64,000 nucleotides of DNA from Gemmatimonadaceae bacterium (GTDB lineage: Bacteria > Gemmatimonadota > Gemmatimonadetes > Gemmatimonadales > Gemmatimonadaceae): assembly GCA_044224875.1 (NCBI GenBank), contig JBGAJQ010000001.1:224125-288124 (forward strand). Reading direction: 5' to 3'. Of the stretch, positions 28,603 to 36,966 are shown one piece after another (the first letter of the stretch is position 1; each line of letters opens with the position of its first letter). The translations under genes were made by a program, and so were the position numbers. The notes beneath the pieces are model-generated. The model ran no database searches. It was not told the origin of the DNA and saw nothing but the letters and a program-made list of their open reading frames with translations.

Positions 28603-31600
28603 TCAAATATCGGACGTTGAGCGACGTCTACGGGTGGCGAGCCACGTATCGAGCTCAACGCGCTTGTAAACGACCTGACGGCCGATCTTGAAGTAGGGCG
28701 GGGACGTACCTGCCCATCGAAGCTTGGCCAACGTCTGCTGAGCGATTCCCAGGTATTCCGCTGCGTCGCGCGCGATGAGTACATGCCTCGTGTCCTCAGT
28801 CACTTCCTGCTCGTCGGCGTTAGGTCGCGCCTGGACCTGTCGACTGCGTGGCGCATCCTCCTTGACCTTTAACCGACCGGTCGACCTCGAGGACGTCTGC
28901 GGCTGCTTCTGCTCCAGCGATTCCAGAAACTGCGGAAAGTCTGTAGGGGTGAAGCACTCCACGTTGTGATCGGCCAGACCACGAATCGCCTCGCGCGCTG
29001 CAGCAACTGTAGTCGAGTCCAGGCAGACCAAAACCACATGATCAAAACCAGCCGCTAGACACTTCGTCAGGTTGTTGATCTCGTGATCAAGCCGAGTGCT
29101 CACCGAGATCTCGCACGCAACCGATACGTCGTCGCGCTCCAACGCGACATCGACGTGACCATGACCGTCCAACACGCGCTTCTCAATCGTTACAGTGAAG
29201 CCTCGGTCCTCAGAAAAGCGCTTAATCAGGGACTGTAGATACTTGTGTTCCGGTCCGCCTCTGCCTGGCATCGAGCCGGCGGCAGGCAACGCAACCTCCG
29301 GAGATCGTTCAGCGCGTCTTGTTCTCTCTCGAGGCGGAGCGGCGGGCTCGGAGGGTCCATCATTGAAATCGGAAGTTAGTAACGCTTCAACGTCAGAGCG
29401 CATCGACGCATAACGCGCGCGGGAAGCAGAGATCACTGCATCGCGTTGCGCCGCAGCAATCGACGGATCGATTGCGGCTACCTGATGAGTGCGAAGATTG
29501 AAGTCGAACTCCGGTCGCTCGATTCTCGCGATCGCTTCTCCTACTCCGAGGTTCTGAAGGTCAGCCGCCTTGAAGAACGAAAAACCATCAGCAAGAACCC
29601 GTGCATCCTGATCGCCGACCCGAAACACCACACGCGTTGAAGCATTGGCGAGCACCGCGGACGCAACATCCTCACTCTGACGCTTGAGCTGTCGCATGTC
29701 CTGATGCGCGAGCGTTAGCCCGAGCCCGTACTTTCGCGCTCCCGAGAGAATCGCAGCCATCGACGGCGTGACGAAATGGTGGAACTCGTCGATGTACAGA
29801 AAGAACGGAACCCGCGATTCAGCAGGCTCGTTCTGTCTGCTCATCGCCGCTTGCGCCATTTTCGCCACGAGGAGAGAACCGAGGAGGTGAGAGTTCTCTT
29901 CACCTATGGCTCCCTGTGCAAGTTTGGCGAGAAGGATTCCGCGACCGTCCATGACGCGCCGCATGTTGATACGGTCGTCCTTCTGCGCGACCATGTACCG
30001 CAGAAGCTTGGGTCGCAAAAACGTGTTCAACCGAGTCAGCAACGGCGCTTGCGGCACTCCCTTGAGAAGCGTGAACTCACGCTGCCAGTAGCTGACGATC
30101 TCGCGATCGCGGACAGTGGTGAGGTACCGATTTCGAAATGTCTGATCGACGAGGAATCGCCGTAGATCAACAAGCGTTCCCCCTTCCGAGCTTTCCAGAA
30201 TTGCGCCAATAGCATTTCCAAGAACGGTGACCATCTGGTCGCCGAAGCTCGTCGATAAGCGTCGAAAAACGGCGACGAGATCGGAAGCCAGCAGACTTCG
30301 TTCCAATTCCGAGTGTGCCTGGAGGATGTTGAAGCCAACCGGGTATTCCTCGTCTGCTGGGTCGAAGACAATGACATCGTTTGATCGATGCGATGGAATT
30401 CGCGCCAACACTTCATCGATCAGGTCACCGTGTGGATCGAGCACCGCGAAACCGGCACCGGACGCGATGTCCTGGGCTATCATCGATAAGAGGAGTGTGC
30501 TTTTGCCAGTACCCGACGCGCCAATGAGGTAGCTGTGCCGTAGCCGGTCCTGTAGCGTCAGTCCAACCTGCTGCTCGTCACCGTTTTGCTCGTTTGTACC
30601 CAGCACAAGCGGCGCATTCACCGACGTCGCAGGTGCGGGCTTCGTCCGGGCACTGAGGCGAATCAAACGATCGGATTGCACGGCATCCGACGGCACATGA
30701 ACAAGATTCGCCAGATCCGACAGAGAGAGAATCATGCCTGTGCGGCGACTTGTGCGACTGACGATGCTATCAACGAGCGTATCGATGGATCCAGCTGGAA
30801 GCACCGTCAACTGATTGAGGTTCTTACTACCGCAGCTCGTAATTGCAGTTGCGATGCGGAACAAACCTTCCCTCACGGTAGCCGACTCTGACGCACAAAT
30901 GGCGAACCGAATTGCAGCAGCGAAAAGAGGCTCGCTGCATTTCTCCTTGCCGAGACTGGTGATCTCGGGAGCATCCATGAAGAAAGGATCGCCTTCCGGT
31001 GTCGTGAGCGCACGGATGGCGTGATCGCCCCACGGCGACCGAATTGATTCAAAGAGAATCTGAACGATTGCGACTGTTTCATCGCCGAGTCCACCCAGTG
31101 CGCTTATGAGTGGCACGTACAAGTCCGTGCGCGCATTCGGTTCAGGCAGAGGCAGCATGAATTCGCGCGCAAGGGCGAACTCCATTGCGCCAACCATCTC
31201 ACCGGGTGCGTCATCCCAGATCGATTCAAGAGATCTGCGGCTAGGTCTAAGCAGAACACCTGGAAAGAACGCGGCCGTCTGTTCTCTGATGCGTTCCCAA
31301 TCGCGCTCGGAGGCGACAATCCGCGGAGTCACTCGCCCGTTCACAGACACCAGCTCGAACGCGAGCGGAAGCCAACTCGTGGCGACATTGCCTAACCACT
31401 GGCCGCTGGCCAGCGCGTCGGATTTCAGAGCTGCAGGCGCCAGTAGATCCAGCTCCCGCAACGACTCAGACCAGACGAACGGCGACGGCTCAACTGCTTC
31501 CTCGATGGCCGCCGGTAACGTCTTCTCGATTCCTCCACTTGTCAGCCGTGCAATAGCCCGGGAAATCCAGGTGTGTTTTCGTCCATCATCAATGGACGGC

Positions 31601-31737
31601 AACGGCGCTTGATGCCCGGGGAAGGGTCGGAATGGCGGCTCCAGCGCGACGGCGTGTTCGTACTCGCGCCAGCCGCGTCCGGATAATTCCCAGTCGTAGA
31701 AAGCCGCTGTTCGACTCTCCACAGTGTTAGGTGCCAC
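28603..31737 (-). CDS. VirD4/TraD-like (HerA/FtsK superfamily) ATPase fused to a restriction-endonuclease-like domain and an excisionase-type HTH
   Basis: RHSYLIGASGTGKST, LDPHGDL, LYIDEFH, RKYG..LTLAHQ; then EHKYLQ...IEK...VDVAL...CEIS; then AAEYLGIAQQTLAKLRWAGTSPPYFKIGRQVVY. Confidence 0.88.
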   Translation of the reverse strand: MAPNTVESRTAAFYDWELSGRGWREYEHAVALEPPFRPFPGHQAPLPSIDDGRKHTWISRAIARLTSGGIEKTLPAAIEEAVEPSPFVWSESLRELDLLAPAALKSDALASGQWLGNVATSWLPLAFELVSVNGRVTPRIVASERDWERIREQTAAFFPGVLLRPSRRSLESIWDDAPGEMVGAMEFALAREFMLPLPEPNARTDLYVPLISALGGLGDETVAIVQILFESIRSPWGDHAIRALTTPEGDPFFMDAPEITSLGKEKCSEPLFAAAIRFAICASESATVREGLFRIATAITSCGSKNLNQLTVLPAGSIDTLVDSIVSRTSRRTGMILSLSDLANLVHVPSDAVQSDRLIRLSARTKPAPATSVNAPLVLGTNEQNGDEQQVGLTLQDRLRHSYLIGASGTGKSTLLLSMIAQDIASGAGFAVLDPHGDLIDEVLARIPSHRSNDVIVFDPADEEYPVGFNILQAHSELERSLLASDLVAVFRRLSTSFGDQMVTVLGNAIGAILESSEGGTLVDLRRFLVDQTFRNRYLTTVRDREIVSYWQREFTLLKGVPQAPLLTRLNTFLRPKLLRYMVAQKDDRINMRRVMDGRGILLAKLAQGAIGEENSHLLGSLLVAKMAQAAMSRQNEPAESRVPFFLYIDEFHHFVTPSMAAILSGARKYGLGLTLAHQDMRQLKRQSEDVASAVLANASTRVVFRVGDQDARVLADGFSFFKAADLQNLGVGEAIARIERPEFDFNLRTHQVAAIDPSIAAAQRDAVISASRARYASMRSDVEALLTSDFNDGPSEPAAPPRERTRRAERSPEVALPAAGSMPGRGGPEHKYLQSLIKRFSEDRGFTVTIEKRVLDGHGHVDVALERDDVSVACEISVSTRLDHEINNLTKCLAAGFDHVVLVCLDSTTVAAAREAIRGLADHNVECFTPTDFPQFLESLEQKQPQTSSRSTGRLKVKEDAPRSRQVQARPNADEQEVTEDTRHVLIARDAAEYLGIAQQTLAKLRWAGTSPPYFKIGRQVVYKRVELDTWLATRRRRSTSDI

Positions 31738-31749
31738 GAGGTCGCCGGG

Positions 31750-32403
31750 CTACCGAAGTAGATCCCTGATTTGCGGTCGCTCCTCGTCAGGCGACAATGC
31801 CCGAAGACCCTGAGCACTGCGCTCATTCGCGATCACTGTGCCGACGGCCCGGCTAACCGACTCCTGAAACATGATGGCGCTGTCGAGAGAGTAATACGTC
31901 GCAGGCTTGAAGAAGCTGTTGTACATCAGGCCGACGCCTGGGATTGCCTGCACCACTTCCTCGAGCTGAACGTTGCCAGCACGGGATGCGTGTTCGACGC
32001 CGGCCAACGACGCCAGCAACGCGATCAGAAACATGATCAAACCAACCATCATGCCAAGTTTGGAAATGAACAGTCCGAGCGCAGCAAGGACGACGATCAG
32101 CCCGACGTAGCCGAGCATTCCGGCGTACTGAGATTTCTGCCTGGCGACCCACCAGGAGAAGAAGTAGCCCGTCCCGTAGGGTGCAGCACAAAGGTCAAAC
32201 GTCAGGCGATCGCGCCCAATTCTGAGGTATTCTCGCTTTGCACTCGTCACGCCGCCCTCGTGCCAATCAACTCTCTCGAGTCGCAGGCCGGGCAACTCGC
32301 GTCGCCTTAACTCCTCCTCGACCGCAGCATAGAAGTCAAGCGCCGATTTCTGCTGGTCATCGAGAAGCTTATGCCAGTGCGAAACCACCTCAGGACGCGC
32401 CAT
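31750..32403 (-). CDS. Hypothetical membrane protein with two TM helices
   Basis: 217 aa, two hydrophobic stretches; GAGGAGG RBS; tightly packed between the two ATPases. Confidence 0.85.
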   Translation of the reverse strand: MARPEVVSHWHKLLDDQQKSALDFYAAVEEELRRRELPGLRLERVDWHEGGVTSAKREYLRIGRDRLTFDLCAAPYGTGYFFSWWVARQKSQYAGMLGYVGLIVVLAALGLFISKLGMMVGLIMFLIALLASLAGVEHASRAGNVQLEEVVQAIPGVGLMYNSFFKPATYYSLDSAIMFQESVSRAVGTVIANERSAQGLRALSPDEERPQIRDLLR

Positions 32404-32432
32404 CGGACGAACCCTCCTCTCGTTAGGGCACC

Positions 32433-33626
32433 TTACATGAGATGCGACAGCGACTGCGGATCTATAGTCGTCGCGGAGAAGGGCTTCGACGTCTCTCCAT
32501 CAATCATCAACCGCAGGTAGATGTGAAACCGCGGCAGCGAGATGAAGTCGTCCGCGCTGAACTTCGGCGAGAACTCGCGCGCCAAGAATTGAGCATCAGC
32601 CCCGCCAACGCGGAAGGACACGAGCGTCCCGGCGTTACCAAAAACGGCATCTCTGATCGCGGGATCGAGTTGCGCTATGTACTGATGGGCAAGCACCAGA
32701 CTGACGTGGTATTTCCGTAGCTCGGAAAGCATCGTCGCCAGGGCCAGCGTAGTAAACGAATGGAATTCATCGAGATAGACCGTAAAGTCTCGCCTGGCTT
32801 CCTCCGGTTGATCACGGCGCGTGAACCCCTTCAACGCGATATGGGCAACAAGGAGGCTGCCGAGAAGCTGGGCTGGACCTTCGCCGATGCATCCCTTGTC
32901 CAGATTCACGATGAGCGCCTTGCCACCGTCCATGATTGCACGGAGATCAAGGCTGTTGTTCCTGCCCGTGAGAATACGTCGCAGCACCGGATCTGCGAGC
33001 AGGCCTCCGATCTTGTTCTGTAGCGGCGCGATCACAACAGCTCTAAACGCGGGAGAATAGCGTGCGTACTCATTCCTCCAGAAGTCCCGGACCGCGTCAT
33101 TTTCAAGATCATCAACGAATTGATCACGAAATGATCTGTCTGACAGGAGCGCCGGAATATCGGCAAAGCCGCCGTCAGGGATTTCGAGAAGGGTGAATAC
33201 GACGTTACGGAGCAGGTGCTCCAGGCGCGGTCCCCACTCGTCAGGCCACATTTTCTTGAAGACATCTACGAATCCCGCGGTGGCTAGCGCGCGACTTGCC
33301 GCGGGGATTTCAGCGAAAGGATTGAACGTCCAGCGCAGGTCAGGATCCGGAACGTTGATGTAGATGACGTCTGCAGATTGAAGCGCGAACTTCTGCATCA
33401 ATGCTCGCGCCAAGTCACCATGCGGATCGAACAATGCGAAGCCTTCGGACGCGGCGAAGTCCTGGCGGAGCATCGTCTCGAGCAGCGTCGTCTTTCCTGT
33501 TCCCGTCTTCCCGACGATGTAGACATGAGACCGACGGTCTGCCCGTCGCAACCCGAACAAGGTCCCGACGTTGCGATGGTTAACGCGGGCGATGTAGGTC
33601 ACTCGATGCTCATTTGCTTCTTGCAT
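32433..33626 (-). CDS. VirD4/TraD-like ATPase, soluble, ATPase domain only
   Basis: HVYIVGKTGTGKTT, FDPHGDL, YLDEFH, LSELRKY..SLVLAHQY..QL, VFGNAGT. Confidence 0.9.
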   Translation of the reverse strand: MQEANEHRVTYIARVNHRNVGTLFGLRRADRRSHVYIVGKTGTGKTTLLETMLRQDFAASEGFALFDPHGDLARALMQKFALQSADVIYINVPDPDLRWTFNPFAEIPAASRALATAGFVDVFKKMWPDEWGPRLEHLLRNVVFTLLEIPDGGFADIPALLSDRSFRDQFVDDLENDAVRDFWRNEYARYSPAFRAVVIAPLQNKIGGLLADPVLRRILTGRNNSLDLRAIMDGGKALIVNLDKGCIGEGPAQLLGSLLVAHIALKGFTRRDQPEEARRDFTVYLDEFHSFTTLALATMLSELRKYHVSLVLAHQYIAQLDPAIRDAVFGNAGTLVSFRVGGADAQFLAREFSPKFSADDFISLPRFHIYLRLMIDGETSKPFSATTIDPQSLSHLM

Positions 33627-33774
33627 CCGGCCATGCTAGCGCGCGAAGGCGAGTAGTCGAAGAAGGCGAAACCATTCGTTGGCGCCAAGATGGACGTGAC
33701 GGACAATGACCTCATGTCGCGCACAGCAGGTTAGACCGTCTTGTCACCGATTCGAGTCTTGCTACGCTGACCGC

Positions 33775-33912
33775 ATGACAAAGAAACAACGACGAATTCG
33801 GCGGCAACGATCCGGACTGGTTTGGGAACTTCGCAAGGAGATCCGAAAGCTGCGCCGGTTGTTGCCCCGCGGGCGAAGAAGTGGATCGGCCCCTCGCGAC
33901 GACAACCAATAG
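33775..33912 (+). CDS. Possible small basic peptide (45 aa)
   Basis: MTKKQRRIRRQRSGLVWELRKEIRKLRRLL, amphipathic and Arg/Lys-rich; no clear RBS. Confidence 0.3.
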   Translation: MTKKQRRIRRQRSGLVWELRKEIRKLRRLLPRGRRSGSAPRDDNQ

Positions 33913-33981
33913 CGTGCAGGTTTGAGCCGAATTGCGCGCAAGAGTAATTGCGTCGAAAGACCCTCACCCGGCACAGAACGA

Positions 33982-34395
33982 ATGCGAAACCATCGGCTTA
34001 TCTCGGTCGCCGCATCTGCAATCCTTATTGCGTGCGGAAATGATCAGCTGTTCCAAACCGATAGAATGATCGGGTGCTATGCGATGGACTCAGGAACGAC
34101 TATACCTGCCCTTAGGGCATCGAAAGATTCCGGTCGTTATCAACTCGCAATTCGGGAAGGCGATAAATGGGAAGTGCATCCGGAAAGCATACGAGCCGCG
34201 CGCCCAGATGAACTCGATGATCTCTTCAGAGCTGACACGGCAAACGTTGCTGAAAGCTTGATTGCACCGGAAGGCGCTTTGGGGCTTTTCAGGATGAAGA
34301 AGGGCGCAACGCTGCAGGGCAAGCCTATGAACACCGAATACGTTGCATTTGTCGTGCTTGGCGCCGGCCCAGTCTACAAAGTCGACTGCCCCTAG
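33982..34395 (+). CDS. Hypothetical lipoprotein
   Basis: MRNHRLISVAASAILIA-C lipobox; two further Cys. Confidence 0.75.
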   Translation: MRNHRLISVAASAILIACGNDQLFQTDRMIGCYAMDSGTTIPALRASKDSGRYQLAIREGDKWEVHPESIRAARPDELDDLFRADTANVAESLIAPEGALGLFRMKKGATLQGKPMNTEYVAFVVLGAGPVYKVDCP

Positions 34396-34541
34396 GTATG
34401 CGGCGCCTAACGCTTGGATCAGCGACGCCATACGCTGGATAGCTAGCTGCGGGCTACTTGGTCTGCCGCGTCCTGTCCCACCTTGGACAGGCTTTTGTCA
34501 CGATGATGCGATAGGAAGCTGCTCGGGCCATCCCCGGGGGA

Positions 34542-34573
34542 TTGACCTTATACCCTACTATAGGGTTTATCCT
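34542..34573 (+). promoter_or_regulatory. MerR-family promoter/operator with 20-bp spacer
   Basis: TTGACC-N20-TATCCT with dyad ACCTTATA-N6-TATAGGGT (34545-34566), directly upstream of merR. Confidence 0.88.
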
Positions 34574-34598
34574 TGTAGCGCATACCTGCGAGAACCAG

Positions 34599-34997
34599 AT
34601 GCGAATCGGGGAAGTTGCTTCGGAAGCGGCCGTAAATGTGCAAACGCTCCGGTACTACGAGCGAGTGGGTCTGCTGCCCAGACCAGATCGAAGTCCCTCT
34701 GGATACAGGGAGTATGGTGCTACCGCAGTTCGCCGCGTCCGATTCGTCAAACGCGCGCAGGAGCTGGGCTTCACGTTAGCCGAGGTGAACGAACTCCTGG
34801 GATTTCGAGAGCGCTCGCATACCACTTGTCATGAAGTAGAAGCTCGAGCCTCGGCAACGCTTGGTCGTATCAACGACAGCATCCGCGACCTCGAACGTAT
34901 TCGGACAGCGCTTTCGCGGTATGTCGACACTTGTCGTAAGGGACCGCCGCTCGGCGAATGCCCCTTGCTGCAAGCGCTGGATCAGCCGGTCGACTGA
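34599..34997 (+). CDS. merR: MerR-family metal-responsive regulator, three-Cys Hg(II)-type pattern
   Basis: MRIGEVA...TLRYYERVGL...GYREY...FVKRAQELGFTL; Cys in TCHEV and C-X8-CP. Confidence 0.88.
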   Translation: MRIGEVASEAAVNVQTLRYYERVGLLPRPDRSPSGYREYGATAVRRVRFVKRAQELGFTLAEVNELLGFRERSHTTCHEVEARASATLGRINDSIRDLERIRTALSRYVDTCRKGPPLGECPLLQALDQPVD

Positions 34998-35012
34998 CTA
35001 CGCCGATCGTAT

Positions 35013-35354
35013 ATGCATCGCGCTACACCGCCGGTCGATCTGGTTTATGACACGGACTGCCCAAATGTTGGCGAAGCGCGCGTCTTGTTAAGAGAGGCTT
35101 TGACTCAATTGGGCATGCGTCCTCTCTGGAGGGAATGGGAACGCGATGGCGCCGAAACGCCACCCGAGCTTCGCGGGTTTGGCTCTCCGACTATACTGGT
35201 TGACGGCGTCGATGTAACCGGCAACGAGGAAGGGGACGTTAGTGATCAGGCAAACTGCTGCCGGGTGTATCAGCATCACGGCCGGCTGCGTGGCGTCCCG
35301 GAGTTAGGCACCGTGACCTCGGCGATCCAACAGCTAGGCACTCCGCGTGACTGA
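35013..35354 (+). CDS. Small thioredoxin-like protein of mer clusters
   Basis: DCPN, GFGSPTILVDGVD, CCRVY. Confidence 0.75.
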   Translation: MHRATPPVDLVYDTDCPNVGEARVLLREALTQLGMRPLWREWERDGAETPPELRGFGSPTILVDGVDVTGNEEGDVSDQANCCRVYQHHGRLRGVPELGTVTSAIQQLGTPRD

Positions 35355-36174
35355 ACAGCGTTCATGCTGTGAATGCAGCTGTGGCCAAACGGTCGCTAGA
35401 ATCGCTACTGATTGCTTTGACGTCGCGGAGTGCGAGTACTCGCCGAACATCCGAATGGCAGGACATGCGCACGAGCGCGCGAGCTTTTGCCTGGTGCTCC
35501 AAGGCGGATACACCGAAGAGGGTCGCGCGGCAACGGTCCGCTATGATGCGGCCACGCTGGTATTCCGTCCCGCTGGAGCAACGCACACCAACGTGATCTC
35601 GGCGCGAGGGAGTCTGTGTCTCACCGTTGAAATCGCGCCTGACGTAGTCCGATCGCTCGGGTCACAGTTTGCGATGCCAGACCGACTCCGCGCGGGACGG
35701 CACAGCGCGGCGCATTGGTTCGCGTACAAGTTGCGGAATGAGCTTCGCGCTACGGACGCGCTCACACCACTCATGATCGATGGCGTGGGTATGGCACTTC
35801 TCGCGGAATATGTCCGGAGCCCAGCTGTTCGTTTGGACTTGAACGCACCAATCTGGCTCGAGCGTGCCCGTGCCCAGCTCCACGAGGAGTTTGTGAGTCC
35901 GCCATCGCTGGCAACCCTCGCCGCCGCTGCGGGCGTGCACCGCGTACACCTCGCACGTGCGTTTCGGAAACACTACGGATGCACAATAGGCGATTACGTG
36001 AGACAGCGACGGGTCTCGCACGCGTGCCAACGACTCTCATCGACGGACACTCCGCTCAGCGATATCGCGCTCGACGCAGGATTCACTGACCAAAGCCATT
36101 TCACAACCACGTTCAAACGACTTGTCGGCGTGACCCCCGGAGAGTTCCGTTCCCGGGCGCTCGTCCGTGGATGA
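35347..36174 (+). CDS. AraC-family transcriptional regulator
   Basis: Cupin HAHE...H; HTH GVHRVHLARAF...IALDAGFTDQSHFTTTFK..GVTP. Confidence 0.93.
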   Translation: MTEQRSCCECSCGQTVARIATDCFDVAECEYSPNIRMAGHAHERASFCLVLQGGYTEEGRAATVRYDAATLVFRPAGATHTNVISARGSLCLTVEIAPDVVRSLGSQFAMPDRLRAGRHSAAHWFAYKLRNELRATDALTPLMIDGVGMALLAEYVRSPAVRLDLNAPIWLERARAQLHEEFVSPPSLATLAAAAGVHRVHLARAFRKHYGCTIGDYVRQRRVSHACQRLSSTDTPLSDIALDAGFTDQSHFTTTFKRLVGVTPGEFRSRALVRG

Positions 36175-36254
36175 TACGCGCATGCAACCAGAGGTTACGC
36201 ATCCGCAAGACCCTCTGCGTTCCCTCACCTAACGTGCGTCAGGAATCTCCTGGA

Positions 36255-36941
36255 ATGTTGATGACTGAGAGGACTGTCGATCTCCGCAGCTTGGCGAAAC
36301 GTGTTCTTCGCCTCGCCCATCCGCTAACGACGGTTGAACAACGCCTGCTGCGGGAAGGTCAGCGAGCGCTCGTCAACGGTGAGCCTTTGACCATCGACGA
36401 GCTGGCACGGCTGGCCGAAATTCCGGCATTCGAGGTACCGAAAGTACTCGACCAACTTCGTGGCTTCGTGCACTTAGACGAAGAAGGACGCGTCGTCGAG
36501 TTGCTGGGACTTTCTTTGCAATGCTCCGCTACTCGCTTCGACGCGACTGGTCACGGCGTGTCGACGTGGTGTGCGTGGGATAGTCTTTTCATACCGAGAG
36601 TAATCGGCATGAAGGCTCGTATTGCGTCGCACTGCCCCATCACGAAGAGGTTGATTCAACTTGTCGTTGCGCCGGGGGGCGTGATCAGCACGTCCTCTCA
36701 GGAAATTAGAATGTCGTTCCTGCTCCGTAGCGAAACAGATCAAGGCTGCGACGTCGTTGGCGCGTGTTGCCGCCAGATCCACTTCTTGGGCTCCACGCAG
36801 GCGGCCGCGCTCTGGATTTCGAATCACCCTGAAGGCTTGATCTTGACCTTGGATGAGGCATGGGAAATCGGGCGTCTGTTCGTCGATGAGTTTCTCTTTG
36901 CTGATCCGGGAGAATCTCTTGACGATAGCGCAGAAGGGTAA
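36255..36941 (+). CDS. merB: Organomercurial lyase
   Basis: TWCAWDSLF (catalytic Cys/Asp), SHCPIT, CCRQIHF; N-terminal HTH-like region. Confidence 0.85.
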   Translation: MLMTERTVDLRSLAKRVLRLAHPLTTVEQRLLREGQRALVNGEPLTIDELARLAEIPAFEVPKVLDQLRGFVHLDEEGRVVELLGLSLQCSATRFDATGHGVSTWCAWDSLFIPRVIGMKARIASHCPITKRLIQLVVAPGGVISTSSQEIRMSFLLRSETDQGCDVVGACCRQIHFLGSTQAAALWISNHPEGLILTLDEAWEIGRLFVDEFLFADPGESLDDSAEG

Positions 36942-36966
36942 CCAGGAACTCAAAGGACCGCCTCAC

